From contig CAXXVA010000002.1 of NCBI GenBank assembly GCA_963675365.2, positions 109,899 to 173,898 of the forward strand: a DNA stretch of 64,000 nucleotides, in the 5' to 3' direction. Position 1 is the stretch's first letter. The number at the start of each line of letters is the position of its first letter. Below the pieces are notes generated by a model, which saw only the letters and a program-made list of their open reading frames with translations, was not told the origin of the DNA and ran no database searches. Source of the DNA: Candidatus Limiplasma sp. (lineage in GTDB: Bacteria; Bacillota; Clostridia; Christensenellales; Aristaeellaceae). The position numbers were made by a program, and so were the translations under genes. Shown in pieces: positions 9,150 to 17,548 of the stretch.

Positions 9150-11297
9150 ATGCTTTCCGACCAGCCTATCCAAACCGCAAAGGACGACCTGCTGGGGCGC
9201 ACGGCGTTTGCCGGGCAAATCGCCTCGGCGATGCTTAGCTGCCCGCCGGGCAAGCGCGGCAGCTTTGTGATCGGGCTTTGCGGCAAGTGGGGGTCGGGCA
9301 AGACCTCGGTGATCAATATGGTCACAGAGGCGATGCGGGGCCGGAAGGCCGGAAAGCCGATCCTGATCCAGTTCAACCCCTGGGATTATCCGGCGGAGGA
9401 GCTTTTGCCGGGGCAGCTTTTGCAAACCCTTGCCGACGAACTGCATAAATCGTCCCGCGGGAAAACCCTGAACAAAGCGGCCAGGGCGATGGAGAAGTAC
9501 GCCTCGGCGCTTGAAACCTGCCTGCCGAATTTCAGCTCCGAAACCGTGGCGGAGCTGCGCGGCGCGGCGCCTAAGAAGAAACAAAAAAAGCGCTCCGCGA
9601 CACAGCGCGTGATCAAGCGCCGGAATAAGGTATACAAGCTGCTCAGAAAGCAAAAAAAGAAAATCTACGTCGTGATGGACGATATCGACCGCCTGTCCTC
9701 CCAGCGTATCCGTAACGTATTGCAGCTGGTCAAGGCCGTGGCGGGGTTCCCGCGCTTTGTGTACCTTTTGTCGTTTGACCAGGACGTGGTCGTGGGCGCG
9801 CTGTCCAAGGAGCTGTACGGCGACGGGCGGCAGTACCTGGAGAAGTTCATCCAGGTGCAGTTCGATATCCCCGCGCCCGAGCCCGGCCGCATCCGCGATA
9901 TCCTGATGGCGTATATCACCTCGTGGCTGGAAAGCTACAAGGGCCTCAACTTCGACCGCGCGTACTTTGACGAGGTCGCGCCCTTCCTGTTTGCGCACAT
10001 CCTGAGCATCCGCGACGTGTACCGCTTCATCAATACCTTCCGCGTCCGTTACCAGGCGCTTGGAAACGAGGTCAATTTCGTGGATCTTCTGGCGGTCTCC
10101 GCCATGCAGCTGCACGCGCCCAAGGTACTGCCGTGGATTCAGGCGCACCGGGACGATCTGCTGCGGGGCGGCGGGCTGAACTACCGCAGCGCCGACCAGA
10201 TCAAGAAAAAGCAGTTCAAGGCCGAGCACCGGCGGATGATCCAGTCGCTGGACGAGTATGGCGGCGGCACGCTGCAAGCCCTGATCGGGCACATGTTCCC
10301 GCGCTACGGCAAGAACATTCTGGACGTATACGCCGACGACGCGGACCCGCGCTTTGTGCGCATGCGCCGCATCTGCTGCGAGGAGTTTTTCGACCTGTAT
10401 TTCACCCAGTCCCTCGGAAGCCTGCGCATTACCCAAAAGGAAATCGTCGGCGTCATCCACGAAATGGATGCCGCGCAATTGCGGGCCTATACCGACAGCC
10501 TGACCGGGGAGGAGCACCGCGCCGCGTTTTTAAACCATCTGCCGCATTACCTGGACGAAATTCCGGAAGAACGGCTTTCGCTGTTCTTCCACGAGGTGCT
10601 GTGGCTCAGCCGCCTGCCGGAGAGCAAAAACCCGGCTGACAAGCCCTTCCAGCGCTCGTTTTTCCAGGAGTGCTGCAATACGGCGCTGCGGATACTGTCC
10701 CAGATGCAGCGATACATGGCGGAGGAAAGCCTGAAATCCGCCGTGGAAAACGCTGGCAAAAAGACCCTGCCCATCCTCGTATCGGTGCTGACGTCCGTCC
10801 GCCGGGGCGCGCCCGGCGCGGAGAATGTGCAGCTTGACGAAGAGTTCATTACGGCGCAGCTGCGCCAGCTCATGACCCGGGTGCACGCCGTCGCGCTCAA
10901 GGACAACTGGCTTTTGTCGCACAAGCCTATGCCCGTGCTTGAATACTGGAAGCAGACCGACTTTATGGCCTTCCGCGTATATTTCCAGAAGCTGATGATG
11001 GACGACCTGAACGCTGCGAGGCTGGTATCCGTCCTGACCCAGCGCTTTGACCGGGGCGAGGATATGGAGTACCAGTTCGGCGATATGGACGGCAAGCACG
11101 CGTTTTCCGATCTGTTCCCGCAGGCGGACGCGCGCGACGCCGTACTGCGCCTGAAGGGTACGGAGGCCTTCCGCGCCCTGCCCGAGGACGTGCGGCTGGA
11201 CAGCGTGGCGTTTTCGCTGATGGACAGCTACCTGCACCGCGTATCGCAGGCGGACGTCATGGAAGAATACCCCAAGTGGGTAGAAGAAAATAAATAG
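9150..11297 (+). CDS. KAP-family P-loop NTPase (GC-rich, no membrane insert)
   Basis: GLCGKWGSGKTSVINMV and IYVVMDDIDRL. Lys/Arg-rich linker AAPKKKQKKRSATQRVIKRRNKVYKLLRKQKKK sits where the neighbour has TM helices. Collinear homology to 6791-8956 along the full length. Confidence 0.9.
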   Translation: MLSDQPIQTAKDDLLGRTAFAGQIASAMLSCPPGKRGSFVIGLCGKWGSGKTSVINMVTEAMRGRKAGKPILIQFNPWDYPAEELLPGQLLQTLADELHKSSRGKTLNKAARAMEKYASALETCLPNFSSETVAELRGAAPKKKQKKRSATQRVIKRRNKVYKLLRKQKKKIYVVMDDIDRLSSQRIRNVLQLVKAVAGFPRFVYLLSFDQDVVVGALSKELYGDGRQYLEKFIQVQFDIPAPEPGRIRDILMAYITSWLESYKGLNFDRAYFDEVAPFLFAHILSIRDVYRFINTFRVRYQALGNEVNFVDLLAVSAMQLHAPKVLPWIQAHRDDLLRGGGLNYRSADQIKKKQFKAEHRRMIQSLDEYGGGTLQALIGHMFPRYGKNILDVYADDADPRFVRMRRICCEEFFDLYFTQSLGSLRITQKEIVGVIHEMDAAQLRAYTDSLTGEEHRAAFLNHLPHYLDEIPEERLSLFFHEVLWLSRLPESKNPADKPFQRSFFQECCNTALRILSQMQRYMAEESLKSAVENAGKKTLPILVSVLTSVRRGAPGAENVQLDEEFITAQLRQLMTRVHAVALKDNWLLSHKPMPVLEYWKQTDFMAFRVYFQKLMMDDLNAARLVSVLTQRFDRGEDMEYQFGDMDGKHAFSDLFPQADARDAVLRLKGTEAFRALPEDVRLDSVAFSLMDSYLHRVSQADVMEEYPKWVEENK

Positions 11298-11457
11298 GTA
11301 AACTCCGAATCAATCCCATACATGCCGGTGATCCAATTTCCGCCAACTTGAGCCCGCAAAAACTTTGACGCAGCGCCGCTACGACTTCTATTTCTGCAGG
11401 CCCAATTCGACGAAAATACAATACGCCAGCCTGCATGGGCTTCATTCATCGTTTACC
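11297..11457 (+). repeat. Family-A palindromic repeat, copy R2
   Basis: Core TTGACGCAGCGCCGCTACGACTTC. Outer arms GGTAAACTCCGAAT (11297-11310) / ATTCATCGTTTACC (11444-11457). Fills the whole intergenic space from the KAP stop to the methyltransferase RBS. Confidence 0.8.
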
Positions 11458-11470
11458 AAAGGAGTATATT

Positions 11471-12223
11471 ATGGATTATCAGGATATAAACACAAAAACC
11501 ATCGACAGCTGGATTGAAGACGGCTGGGAATGGGGTACGCCCATTTCACATGAGGACTATGAAAAGGCGACCCGGGGCGACTGGCGCATGGTGCTCACCC
11601 CTCAGATTGCCGTGCCCAAAGAGTGGTATCCCGAGCTGAAAGGCGCCAGGGTACTGGGGCTGGCGTCCGGCGGCGGGCAGCAGATGCCCGTGTTTGCCGC
11701 GCAGGGCGCCGTGTGTACGGTGCTGGATTATTCCAAAAAGCAGCTCGAATCGGAGCGGATGGTCGCGCAGCGCGAGGGCTATTTGATCAACATTGTGCAT
11801 GCCGATATGACCAAGCCCCTGCCCTTCCCGGATGAGAGCTTTGATCTGATCTTCAACCCCGTATCCAACTGCTATATCGAGGACGTACACCACGTCTGGC
11901 GCGAGTGCCGCCGCATCTTAAAACCCGGTGGCCGCCTGATGGCGGGGCTGGATAACGGCGTCAACTATATTATCGACTGGGACCAGACCGAGATCAAATA
12001 CGCCCTGCCCTATAACCCCCTCAAGGACAAGGCCTTGTATGAAAAAGCCATGCGGGAAAACGACGGCATCCAGTTCTCCCACACGCTCGACGAGCAGATC
12101 CGCGGGCAGATCCAGGCCGGTCTCCGGCTGATTGATCTGTACGAGGATTACAACACCGAGGGCACGCTGCACAGATTCCATGTGCCTGCGTTCTGGGCGA
12201 CCCTCTCTGAGAAGCCGTTGTAA
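11471..12223 (+). CDS. Class I SAM-dependent methyltransferase
   Basis: Motif I VLGLASGGGQQ. AAGGAG RBS before ATG 11471. Base composition looks intermediate by eye. Confidence 0.8.
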   Translation: MDYQDINTKTIDSWIEDGWEWGTPISHEDYEKATRGDWRMVLTPQIAVPKEWYPELKGARVLGLASGGGQQMPVFAAQGAVCTVLDYSKKQLESERMVAQREGYLINIVHADMTKPLPFPDESFDLIFNPVSNCYIEDVHHVWRECRRILKPGGRLMAGLDNGVNYIIDWDQTEIKYALPYNPLKDKALYEKAMRENDGIQFSHTLDEQIRGQIQAGLRLIDLYEDYNTEGTLHRFHVPAFWATLSEKPL

Positions 12224-12224
12224 T

Positions 12225-12392
12225 ATAGGCAAACGACGCACAAATCCCCTATACGCTGACGGGTATATTTTCGCCATCTTGCGCCGGCAGAATCCTCGAC
12301 GTAGCGCTGCTGCTGCTTCAGATACCGCAACCGCCATCTGTAATAAAATCGACACCATCATCGCACAGGGTCTTTACGCGTCGTTTGCCTAT
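12225..12392 (+). repeat. Family-A palindromic repeat, copy R3
   Basis: Core TCGACGTAGCGCTGCTGCTGC. Perfect 15-bp outer arms ATAGGCAAACGACGC (12225-12239) / GCGTCGTTTGCCTAT (12378-12392). Starts 2 nt after the methyltransferase stop. Confidence 0.85.
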
Positions 12393-12670
12393 GTGGTGTC
12401 TAGTATCATGGATATACGATAAATTCCGAGGTTTTTACTGCATACCCGTTTCAAGCGCTATAAGGCAGTTTGGCGATTGCTTCAACAAGCCGCCTTTATT
12501 CAATCATCTTCACATCCCTTATCTTCGCGTGGGTCAAATACATGGGAAACAGCAGTTCCGAAGCTATAACACAAGGGTTATTGGCGTGATCGGTTTTGCA
12601 TTCTCTGAATGCGCGGCCGTCTGTTTGTCCGGTGTTTTCCTTGCTACGCGCAGCTTTCCACGCCTTTGTC

Positions 12671-12692
12671 CTTTAACCTCGCGCGGGTCATA
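12671..12692 (+). repeat. 22-nt repeat CTTTAACCTCGCGCGGGTCATA (second copy at 20251-20272)
   Basis: 21 of 22 identical to 20251-20272. Both copies are preceded within about 80 nt by the shared 9-mer TGTCCGGTG. Confidence 0.7.
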
Positions 12693-12700
12693 TTGTTGTC

Positions 12701-12785
12701 AAATATTCACCCGATGAATATTTTTATGAAAAACGCTTGACAGGGGAACGGACTGTGATTATAATGTGAATGTGAATTCATATTC
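12701..12785 (+). promoter_or_regulatory. Consensus sigma-70-type promoter flanked by two palindromic candidate TetR operators
   Basis: -35 TTGACA (12737-12742), 17-nt spacer, -10 TATAAT (12760-12765). Perfect IR AAATATTCA-N5-TGAATATTT (12701-12723) upstream. 18-bp near-palindrome GAATGTGAATTCATATTC (12768-12785) at the expected transcription start. Confidence 0.65.
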
Positions 12786-12805
12786 ATGGCCTTAATGAAC
12801 GGGAG

Positions 12806-13438
12806 ATGATGCCCATGCCAAAGGAAACGTTTGTGAACCTCAAAGAAGAAAAACAGCAGCGCATATTGAACGCGGCGCTGCATGAGATCGCCGAAAACGG
12901 GTACGACAGGGCCAGCGTCACCCGTATCGTGAAAGAGGCGGGCATCGCCACCGGCAGCTTCTACCAATACTTTGAGGACATGGACGACCTGTTCATCTAC
13001 ATCGCGCTGGAAGCCGGACGGATGAAAGCGCGCTACATGCAGCAGGCTCTCAATGAAAGCAAGGCCCGCAACCTGGAAAGCGTCATCCGCGCTATGTACC
13101 TTGGCGGCATGCGCTTTGGACTGGAGCACGAGGAGTACTACAAAAGCGCGGAAAGCCTTCTGCGCATGAAGGACTCGGAGCTCTACAGCAAAATGCTTGC
13201 CCACGCGGAGAAGAGCGATTTGGCCGTGTGGCTGTTTCAGATCGTCAACGAAGCCATCGCCAACGGCGAGCTGAACAAAAACATCACCCCGGAGCTGTTT
13301 TTCAGGCTTCTGACCAGCATCAACGCCACGATCATCGAATTCCTGATCGAACGCAAATCCGGCGAAGGCATGGACGCGGCGGACCTGGAAACGCTGTGCG
13401 AACTGGGCGTGCAGATCGTACTGCACGGAATCAGCTAA
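12806..13438 (+). CDS. TetR/AcrR family transcriptional regulator
   Basis: N-terminal HTH ASVTRIVKEAGIATGSFYQYFEDMDDLF. The true start may be ATG 12815 (MPKETF). Confidence 0.85.
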   Translation: MMPMPKETFVNLKEEKQQRILNAALHEIAENGYDRASVTRIVKEAGIATGSFYQYFEDMDDLFIYIALEAGRMKARYMQQALNESKARNLESVIRAMYLGGMRFGLEHEEYYKSAESLLRMKDSELYSKMLAHAEKSDLAVWLFQIVNEAIANGELNKNITPELFFRLLTSINATIIEFLIERKSGEGMDAADLETLCELGVQIVLHGIS

Positions 13439-13491
13439 TATAACGAACGTATAGACCGAAATCAATCACGGACCGAAAAGGAGACTTGACC

Positions 13492-14364
13492 ATGATCCAT
13501 GTGAAAAACCTTTCGTACTCCTACCAAAGGAACGATCGCTTTGCCGTCCGGGATATCTCGTTTGATATCGGCAAGGGCGAAATCTTCGGGTTTCTGGGCC
13601 CTTCGGGCGCGGGCAAATCGACCACGCAGGGTATCCTGACCGGGCTTCTTTTAATGCAAAACGGCGAGGCCGTGGTGGACGGCTATAACCTGCGCAAAGA
13701 AGACAAGAAGCGCTTCAACCGCATCGGCATGAGTTTTGAGCAGTCCAACCTCTATTCCAAGCTCACCGCCGAGGAAAACCTGCGCTACTATGCAAAGCTG
13801 TTCGACGTCCCCACCCGCGACCCGCGCGCGCTGATCGACATGGTGGGGCTTGGCGGCAAGGAAAACCAGAAGGCCGGATCGTTTTCCAAGGGACAGAAGC
13901 ACCGGCTCACCTTCGCGCGCTCGCTGCTCAACAACCCCGCGATGTGGTTTCTGGACGAGCCGACCACCGGTCTCGACCCGGCCATCGCCGCGCAGATCAA
14001 GGATATCATCCGCAAGGAATGCCAAAGCGGCGTCACCGCGTTTTTAACCACGCATAACATGTTCATCGCCGACGAGCTGTGCGACCGCGTCGCGTTTATC
14101 GTGGACGGCGAAATCAAGCTTATCGACTCGCCCAAGGCGCTCAAGCTCCAGTACGGGCACAAGACCGTCGCCGTGGAATACCGGCAGGATGGCGACGTGA
14201 AGAAGGAGACCCTCGCCCCCGCCAAGGCGGAGGACAAGGCGCGCCTCCACCAGATCCTGGACACGGGCGAGATTATCACCATGCACTCCAAAGAAGCGAC
14301 GCTTGAGGAGATCTTCATCAAGGTCACCGGAAAGGGGCTGACGGCGGATGAAACTGTGGGATAA
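13492..14364 (+). CDS. ABC transporter ATP-binding protein
   Basis: GFLGPSGAGKSTT, FSKGQKHRLTFARSL, WFLDEPTTGLD. AAAAGGAG RBS before ATG 13492 (the track start 13486 is TTG). Confidence 0.9.
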   Translation: MIHVKNLSYSYQRNDRFAVRDISFDIGKGEIFGFLGPSGAGKSTTQGILTGLLLMQNGEAVVDGYNLRKEDKKRFNRIGMSFEQSNLYSKLTAEENLRYYAKLFDVPTRDPRALIDMVGLGGKENQKAGSFSKGQKHRLTFARSLLNNPAMWFLDEPTTGLDPAIAAQIKDIIRKECQSGVTAFLTTHNMFIADELCDRVAFIVDGEIKLIDSPKALKLQYGHKTVAVEYRQDGDVKKETLAPAKAEDKARLHQILDTGEIITMHSKEATLEEIFIKVTGKGLTADETVG

Positions 14365-15544
14365 CTATAAAAAAGAACTGAAAATCGCCTCCCGCGGCTT
14401 CTACTTCTACATGGAGATCATCACCGCGGTCATCCTGCTGGCGGCGATCCTTTTGTTCGTGCCCGCCGAAACCACGAGCGTTTCCAAAGAACTGATCTAT
14501 ATGGACGGCCCGCGCGAAGTGCTCGACGCCATGCTTGCGCAGAACTTCGGCGAGCCGGGGCAGTACGTACGCGCGGAGGACACCGCCGTCAGGCTCCGCC
14601 CGATGGATCTCACCTACTACGACGAGCAAACCGGCATACAGTTTGACAAATCCTTTACCGATAAAGTGACCTTGGAACTGGAAACCTGGAACTACTATAA
14701 CGCCGATACCGGCGCGCTGGAAAAGACAGTTTATATCGCGGCCAGCATGGACGACATGCTCCGCGTTGCCCGGACCGAAAAATGGTACGCCACGGTCGTA
14801 ACCGCCGGTGAAGACGCGCAGCCGCAGTACCGCCTGCTCCTCTTCGGCTCGGAAAGCGAGCGTTACCGCAACCTGATCTCCGCCGTGATGGGCGCGGGCG
14901 ACACTCCGGCGCTGCTCAAGGCCATGGACGCGCAGCCTGTGGAAACCCTCGGCGCGGAAAACGTGCTTAACAACCGCCAGAGCTTTATGCCCATGGCCGT
15001 GGTGATCATGAACGGGCTGATGGGCATGCTCGTGGTCATTTCCTACCTGATCATCGACAAATCCTCCGGGCTGATCCGCGCGATGGCGCTGACGCCCATG
15101 GGCACGCGCAGCTACCTGATGAGCAAGGTGTTGGTGGTGCTGACCACCTCGCTGGTATCCTCCATCGTGGTCACCGTGCCTATCATGGGTGCGCAGCCCA
15201 ACTACCTATTATTTATCCCGACGGCCATGCTGGTATCCGTGCTCTCGTGCATGATCGGGCTTTGGCTCGCGTCGTTCTTCTCCGACATCAAATCGGCCTA
15301 CGGTATGATCTTCCTGATGCTTCTGTTGTTGATCCTGCCCGCGATGAGCTACATTCTGCCCAGCTTCGCGCCGCTGTGGATTAAGCTGATGCCGACCTAT
15401 CCCATGCTGCAGGCTGTGAAAGAAACCCTGCTTAAAACGCCCGACGTGGGCTATGTGCTTTTGGTCGGCGGCGGGATGATCGTACTGTCGGGGCTGTTGC
15501 TATGGCTGTCGGAACGCCGCTACCGCAGGATTTTGGGGGTGTAG
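14348..15544 (+). CDS. ABC-2 type transporter permease with large N-terminal extracytoplasmic domain
   Basis: 398 aa. One N-terminal TM helix, a soluble domain of about 170 aa, then multiple C-terminal TM helices. Overlaps the ATPase 3' end by 17 nt. Confidence 0.75.
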   Translation: MKLWDNYKKELKIASRGFYFYMEIITAVILLAAILLFVPAETTSVSKELIYMDGPREVLDAMLAQNFGEPGQYVRAEDTAVRLRPMDLTYYDEQTGIQFDKSFTDKVTLELETWNYYNADTGALEKTVYIAASMDDMLRVARTEKWYATVVTAGEDAQPQYRLLLFGSESERYRNLISAVMGAGDTPALLKAMDAQPVETLGAENVLNNRQSFMPMAVVIMNGLMGMLVVISYLIIDKSSGLIRAMALTPMGTRSYLMSKVLVVLTTSLVSSIVVTVPIMGAQPNYLLFIPTAMLVSVLSCMIGLWLASFFSDIKSAYGMIFLMLLLLILPAMSYILPSFAPLWIKLMPTYPMLQAVKETLLKTPDVGYVLLVGGGMIVLSGLLLWLSERRYRRILGV

Positions 15545-15547
15545 GAC

Positions 15548-16552
15548 ATGAAAAAAGCATTCAGCGTTTTACAGCGCGATTTAAAACTGGCCGTCAAGGA
15601 CCCGCTGTCGCTCATCGTCATCCTCGCGCCGCTGATCGTTGCGCTGGTCATCTCCTGGATGTCGCCGGGCATCAGCGAAACGACGGTGAACTTCGCCGTG
15701 GATGCAAGCCTGGGCCAAAGCGTTGTCGATACGCTTGAAAACTACGCGAGCGTCGAAACGCTCGACGGTGCCGACGCCGTGCGCGAACGCGTGCTGCGCC
15801 GCGACGAGGTGTTCGGCCTGATCCCGGGCGATTCCGGCCCCGTGCTGGTGCGCCAGGGGAACGAATCGGAAACCTCTCTGTCCATGGCGAAACTGCTGGG
15901 CGCCATAGCCCAGACCGGAACCGCGGAACAGGTTCAGGGCGATCATTTCGGCTTCCTCTCCTTCCGCGACGAGACCTCGCCGCTGAAACGCGCTCTGTCC
16001 ATCTCGATGCTCCTGATGATCAGCGTGTTCACCGCGATGCTCATTTCGCTGGGACTGGTGGACGAAAAAACCGACCAGACCATCAAGGCCGCCAACGTCA
16101 CCCCGATGCCGCAGTGGCTTTATGTGATCGCCAAAAGCTTCATCGGCGTAACCGCGCTTCTGATCTCCTCGGTCGTCGCGCTGCTCATCCTCGGGATGAC
16201 CGCCATCAACTGGGGGCAGATCCTGCTGATGATCGTCGCAAGCGCGCTGATTTCCATCATCGTCGCGTTCGTCATCGGCCTGGCGTCGTCGGATTATATC
16301 GAGGCTTCCGGCAGCGTAAAAATGCTGATGCTGCCCATGATCGCCTCGGTTGTCGTGTACGAGCTCGTCGATCCCGCCTGGCACTGGACCGTATGGTGGA
16401 GCCCGTTTTACTGGGCGTACCGCGGCATCACGGAGATCATTCAGGGTACGTCGCAGTGGGGGAGCACGCTCCTGTACGCCGCGATCATCGCGCTGATCTC
16501 CGCGGGGGTTTACACGCTCAGTCTGAAAAGTATTCGAAAATCTTTGCAGTAA
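15548..16552 (+). CDS. ABC-2 type transporter permease (second subunit)
   Basis: 334 aa with the same architecture as the preceding permease. Starts 4 nt after its stop. Confidence 0.75.
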   Translation: MKKAFSVLQRDLKLAVKDPLSLIVILAPLIVALVISWMSPGISETTVNFAVDASLGQSVVDTLENYASVETLDGADAVRERVLRRDEVFGLIPGDSGPVLVRQGNESETSLSMAKLLGAIAQTGTAEQVQGDHFGFLSFRDETSPLKRALSISMLLMISVFTAMLISLGLVDEKTDQTIKAANVTPMPQWLYVIAKSFIGVTALLISSVVALLILGMTAINWGQILLMIVASALISIIVAFVIGLASSDYIEASGSVKMLMLPMIASVVVYELVDPAWHWTVWWSPFYWAYRGITEIIQGTSQWGSTLLYAAIIALISAGVYTLSLKSIRKSLQ

Positions 16553-16585
16553 CATAGAACGCACGCATTTGAAGGAGGTCATACC

Positions 16586-16822
16586 ATGGAAACCGGATAT
16601 CTGGTCGGGGGAATCGCCTGCGCGGCGTACGCGCTGCTGTGCTTCGGGATCGGGTTTTTAAAACCGCAGAGCCTCATGAAACTCGTCAAGCAGAAGCTCA
16701 AAATGTTCACCGGCAGCAAGGAACCCAGCGACAGGGCCACCATGATCACCTGCGTCGTCTTCGGCGTGCTGGGCGTGGCGGGGGCTGTAATCCTATTCGC
16801 CGTCGGCGCCGCCAACGCCTGA
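16586..16822 (+). CDS. Small two-helix membrane protein
   Basis: 78 aa with two hydrophobic helices. GGAGG RBS. Last gene of the TetR-ABC cluster. Confidence 0.55.
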   Translation: METGYLVGGIACAAYALLCFGIGFLKPQSLMKLVKQKLKMFTGSKEPSDRATMITCVVFGVLGVAGAVILFAVGAANA

Positions 16823-16842
16823 TCAGCTTGCCCGGAAGGCCT

Positions 16843-17213
16843 GATCTGCGGTGTCAGCAGCGGACGGGAAGGGGCATCATTTACAAACGCGTAAACTCAA
16901 CCCCTTCCCACCCTTGCTTCCTAGCATCTCAAACCTTCTGAACAAGCTGATTCCTAATACTCAGGATCACTTAATCTGCGGAGAAGGTGTGTCGGATTTT
17001 CGCATCACTTACGAACGAGTAAGCTCCGCTCAACCCTCCATCCGTTTTATTGTCGCAGCCCGCACTTCCCTTTGGCTGCTCTGAAAAACGTCCCAACCGA
17101 AACTCCTTTTGCGCTTCGCGCAAGCACCACACAGGGTGCCCAGTCGTTCGGCTGCCTAGCATCTCAAGCCTTCTGAACAAGCTGACTCCTAATACTTAGG
17201 ATGGCTTGATCTG
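16843..17213 (+). repeat. Family-B modular repeat, tandem array (two units plus the start of a third)
   Basis: Units start at GATCTGCGGTGTCAGC (16843), AATCTGCGGAGAAGGTGTGTCGG (16972) and GATCTG (17208). Each carries GCATCAYTTACRAACG...CTCAACCC. The 59-nt module CCTAGCATCTCAARCCTTCTGAACAAGCTGAYTCCTAATACTYAGGAT...ATCTG occurs at 16920-16978 and 17155-17213. Confidence 0.8.
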
Positions 17214-17436
17214 TAATGTTGATGGTTAGTTGCCTCGTGTATATAAAATGTAAGCGAGGTAATGGTGTTTACTAGCATTGAATATTCATTATTGTATGTC
17301 GTATATGCCTCTATATGAATACAAAAAATGTTATTTGTATGAAGATATAATCTAGTATATGTTTGCTAGAAGTATCTTTATTTCAGGAATTCTTTGTGTC
17401 AGTTTATAAGCGGCTTAATATTTAGATTCAATATAT

Positions 17437-17465
17437 TGACGAAAACACTCAAATAAAGGTATACT
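17437..17465 (+). promoter_or_regulatory. Candidate promoter of the ATPase/TOPRIM operon
   Basis: TTGACG (17437-17442), 17-nt spacer, TATACT (17460-17465), within AT-rich island DNA about 84 nt before ATG 17549. Confidence 0.45.
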
Positions 17466-17548
17466 ACTTTTAGTTTACATATAAGCCTTTATCTCGTTAA
17501 CAGTGAATCTAGTTATTTAAGTTATAAAGTATTCAAGGAGTAATAGTT

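Noticed and set aside
9105-10517. 470-aa ORF antisense to the GC-rich KAP NTPase gene
   Set aside because: It is Arg/Gly/Ala/Pro-rich low-complexity translation with no motifs or RBS, and it fully overlaps a gene with clear Walker motifs. This is a typical high-GC antisense artefact. The same applies to 29817-31379, 36634-37542, 39265-40377, 60424-61482, 33454-34296 and most short ORFs in the track.
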